A DNA stretch of 64,000 nucleotides from Macrostomum lignano (taxonomy: Eukaryota), in NCBI GenBank assembly GCA_002269645.1, contig NIVC01002696.1, forward strand, positions 1 through 64,000. The letters run 5' to 3'. Below are positions 60,380 to 64,000 of this stretch, piece by piece (positions within the stretch are counted from its first letter, which is position 1; each line of letters starts with the position of its first letter). The notes under the pieces were generated by a model. The model did no database searches. It was not told the DNA's origin and worked only from the letters and a program-made list of their open reading frames with translations. A program made the position numbers and the translations under genes.

Positions 60380-60950
60380 GGGAGGGGAAGAGGGAGAGAC
60401 GGGAGGGGAAGAGGGAGAGACGGGAGGGGAAGAGGGAGAGAGGGAGAGACGGAAGGAGAAGAGGGAGAGACGGAAGGAGAAAGAGGGAGAGACGGAAGGA
60501 GAAGAGGGAGAGACGGAAGGAGAAGAGGGAGAGACGGAGAGAAGAGGGAGAGACAGGAGGAGAAGAGGGAGAGACGGGAGGAGAAGAGGGAGAGACGGGA
60601 GGAGAAGAGGGAGAGACGGGAGGAGAAGAGAGAGAGACGGGAGGAGAAGAGGGAGAGACGGGAGGAGAAGAGAGAGACGGGAGGAGAAGAGGGAGAGATG
60701 GGAGGAGAAGAGGGAGAGACGGGAGGAGAAGAGGGAGAGACGGGAGGAGAAGAGGGAGAGATGGGAGGAGAAGAGGGAGAGACGGGAGGAGAAGAGGGAG
60801 AGACGGGAGGAGAAGAGGGAGAGACGTGAGGAGAAGAGGGAGAGACGGGAGGAGAAGAGGGAGAGACGGGAGGAGAAGAGGGAGAGACGGGAGGAGAAGA
60901 GGGAGAGACGGGAGGAGAAGAGGGAGAGACGGGAGGAGAAGAGAGAGAGA
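60380..60950. repeat. 21-bp GA-rich minisatellite GGGAGAGACGGGAGGAGAAGA
   Basis: Directly visible. Confidence 0.95.
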
Positions 60951-61464
60951 GAGATTAAGTAAGAGCTCAGTGAGAAGTGGTGCCAGAGCATATCAGAAAG
61001 TGCGATGAGAAGTCGGACATGAGTAAATTTGCGAGCATTTTGAGGCGAATAAGAATTTGCTTGGAATTTAAATTTCCCAAGTCATAAGCCTAGATGCAGC
61101 TCGTGGATGCTAGAAATACATTGAACTGTTCACAATGGACCCTGATTAGAGTGTTATCAAAATAGAGAGCTGATATGCGCTATTTAGGTACTTTCAGATA
61201 AACCTCGATGCTTCATCTATCTATCTAGAGATAGAGCTCAATAAAGTGTTTTTGAGCAGCTCTGATTGGTCGTTTAGGCGCTCGTAATAAATCCACTTTT
61301 GGCAACTATATTTTTGAGCACTGGCTGGTAAATTCGTTGAGTAGAGAGAGTGAAACTTCACTTTAACAGATTTGCGTTCGGTTTGAGTATAAAAATCTCC
61401 TTTCAATATACTCCTTTTGGTAAGTGTAGCATTGAAGTTTACATGATTTTATCCGACTTCTGAT

Positions 61465-61790
61465 ACCCTCCGATACCCTCCAATACCCTTAAATACCCCC
61501 AATACCGTTTGTTACCTCCAATACTCTTTAATACTCTCCGATACGGTCCTTTAAATAATCTCTAATATCCTCCCTCCGATACCCTCACATACCCTCCGAT
61601 ACCTTTCCAATACCCTCCAATACCCTTCAATACCCGCCAATACCCTTCAATACCCGCCAATACCCTCCAATACCCTTAAATACCCCCAATACCCTCTAAT
61701 ACTCACAGATACGGTCCAATACCCTTAAATAACCTCTAATATCCTCACATACCCTCCGATACCCTAAAATACCCTCCGATACCTTCTGAT
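61465..61790. repeat. Degenerate 10-bp repeat (ATACCCTCC[A/G])
   Basis: Directly visible. Confidence 0.8.
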
Positions 61791-62732
61791 GCAGTTTCGT
61801 TACCCTCAAGTATATTTACATGCTTCAGATGCCTTACTCAGAGCCTTCGCAGTGCATATCCGAGTGCATTATTTTCTAATACAAGCTTGCACCATCTACA
61901 CTACAATTTCCTTAAGGTATCGGATGGCTGCATGGTTTCAAAAAACGCTAATTTCTCGAAGTCATATCACCATTTTTACACACTCGCAGATGCCAACTGC
62001 ACTTATACACTAAAGAGCTTGAACTACAGAAACTCGGAAAGCAACTTTCAGGGTATTCTCAGGGGACTTCGAGCCAAGGTTTTTTGCTGCTATCTGTTTT
62101 CAAGGGTTGGATTGCAACTACGAGCGTATAGGCACTTATACATGTATTTCAGTACATTTTCGATCCAGAAAAATGGTTACATTAGCTCAGCACCAGTAGC
62201 TTTCTTAGAAAGCTTCAATTATTTAGACGAGCCCCAGCCCTGGAGTAAAAATTTTACAATTCATTTTAATTAAAAGTATACCGCGCCAATTTGAATTGCT
62301 AATTTTTTTTCTAGGAAACGAACGAGAGTGACGGTACTCGCTGAACTGGTTTCTGGTTAGAAAAATTTAATTTTTTTGTAGGATGTTTTAACAACGAAGA
62401 TAAAGAGAGCTGCTGTGTGTGGACACGACTTGGCGTTTAAGTAAAATTGCTGCATGCAATTACAATAAGTCAAATTTTACAATAACTTAAACAAAATAAT
62501 GATGCGAAAATAGCTCGTAGCGTCAAAATTCGTAGATAAAAATGGCCCCGAAATTCAAAAACAAAAATAGCGCGAAAATTCATTACTGAAAATGGCGCCA
62601 AAATTCTTTGCTGAAAATGGCGCCAAAATTAATTGCTGAAAATGGCGCCAAAATTCATAGATTAAAGTGGCGTCAAAATTTACCTCGTAATTTGCATCCA
62701 TAGGCAGCCTGTGCTGGAGTCAAAAGTCACCC

Positions 62733-64000
62733 ATGGCCAGTTCCTCGGCACCTCCCACGTCAGCGCCTCCCTGCTGCTCTGCCGGGCTGACCGCCTGCTA
62801 CGGTTGTCGTCCTTCCAGCCTCGACGAGCTGGTTCAACGCTCGAAGTTCAACCGCGACGAGTTGAAGCTGATGTACCGCGGATTCAAGACCGAGTGCCCG
62901 ACTGGACTGCTTCATCGACAAGCGTTTAGGGAGATTTTCTCCCAGTTTTTCCCGCTGGGAGATGCGGCCTGCTATGCGGATCTGGTGTTCAACAGCTTTG
63001 ATAGGGAGGGCCGAGGCTGGCTCTCCTTCGACTGCGTGATCGAGGGACTGTCGGTTGTGTGCAGGTAACTGCGGGTAACCGATTCCCGAAACTTCACCGA
63101 TTCCCGAAGCTTCACCGATTCCCGAAGCTTCACCGATTCCCGAGGCTTCACCGATTCCCGAAGCTTCACGATTCCCGAAGCTTCACGGTTCCCGAAGCTT
63201 CACCGATTCCCGAAGCTTCACCGATTCCCGAAACTTCACCGATTCCCGAAACTTCACCGATTCCCGAAACTTCACCGATTCTCGAAACTTCACCGATTCC
63301 CGAAGCTTCACCGATTCCCGAAGCTTCACCGATTCCCGAAACTTCACCGATTCCCGAAGCTTCACGATTCCCGAAGCTTCACCGATTCCCAAAGCTTCAC
63401 CGATTCCCGAAGCTTCACCGATTCCCGAAGCTTCACGATTCCCGAAGCTTCACCGATTCCCGAAACTTCACCGATTCCCGAAGCTTCACCGATTCCCGAA
63501 GCTTCACCGATTCCCGAAGCTTCACCAACTCGAAACTTCACCAATCCGAAACTCCATCAATCCGAAACTCCACCAACCCGAAACTTAATCAACCCAAAAC
63601 TTTACCAACCCGAAACTTCCCCAACCCGAAACTTCACCAATCCGAAACTCCACCAAACCGAAACTTAACCAACCGGAAACTTAACCAACCCGAAACTTCA
63701 CGAACCCGAAACTTCACCAATCCGAAACTCCACCAAACCGAAACTTAACCAACCGAAACTTAACCAACCCGAAACTTCGCCTTGCAGAGGCACCACAAGC
63801 GAGCGACTGGCCTGGGCCTTCCGCCTCTATGACGCTGACGGTGACGGGTCCATCAGCCGCGGCGAGATGCTCCGCCTGGTGTCCGCCATCTACGATCTGC
63901 TCGGTTGCTGCGTGTCGCCTCGAGTCGGTCAGCTCGACGTGAGACGTCGCGCCGAGCAAGTGTTCGAAATGATGGACGCCGACAAAGACGGCTCCGTCAG
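62733..64000 (+). CDS. KCNIP: Kv channel-interacting protein / neuronal calcium sensor; join(62733..63064,63788..>64000), runs off the window
   Basis: LKLMYRGFKTECPTG, FFPLGDA, FNSFD; R|GTTSERLAWAFRLYDADGDGSISRGEM EF-hand; MDADKDG; GT-AG intron in phase 2. Confidence 0.9.
63078..63780. repeat. Intronic minisatellite: 18-bp CCGATTCCCGAAGCTTCA grading into CCAACCCGAAACTT-type units
   Basis: Fills nearly the whole KCNIP intron. Confidence 0.9.

Overview
Animal genomic DNA, probably invertebrate: short spliceosomal introns, KChIP-like and claudin-like genes, and many minisatellites. The exon/minisatellite style is reminiscent of free-living flatworms, but the host cannot be fixed from sequence alone. 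The centre holds a nearly intact 17.8-kb Polinton/Maverick (adintovirus-like) element at 30607-48420, with 576-bp TIRs, (AGT)3 ends and a 6-bp TSD (CGCAGG). It encodes an rve integrase, major and minor capsid proteins, a packaging ATPase, an adenain-like protease, a fibre-like protein, a primase-helicase and pPolB. It sits in a 21-bp minisatellite inside a hAT-type non-autonomous element with an 8-bp TSD. Main discovery: the first gene, a parvovirus-type PLA2 fused to the integrase, is split by an 880-nt IC1-like group I intron (31263-32142) inserted exactly between Gly and Pro of the PLA2 G-P-G loop. The intron carries an ORF resembling Eco47II-family (GGNCC) restriction endonucleases. Removing the intron creates GGT|CC. 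A manual scan found no other GGNCC in the element (about 19 expected) and no methyltransferase gene. This suggests an intron/restriction-nuclease system whose carrier protects itself by site avoidance. The window also has a degenerate TIR remnant of a related element, a 2111-aa single-exon orphan ORF with internal repeats, two tRNA-derived SINE copies, a TMED/p24-like gene with lesions, and a CpG-depleted AT-rich left end. All motif calls, pairings and counts were made by eye; no database searches were run.
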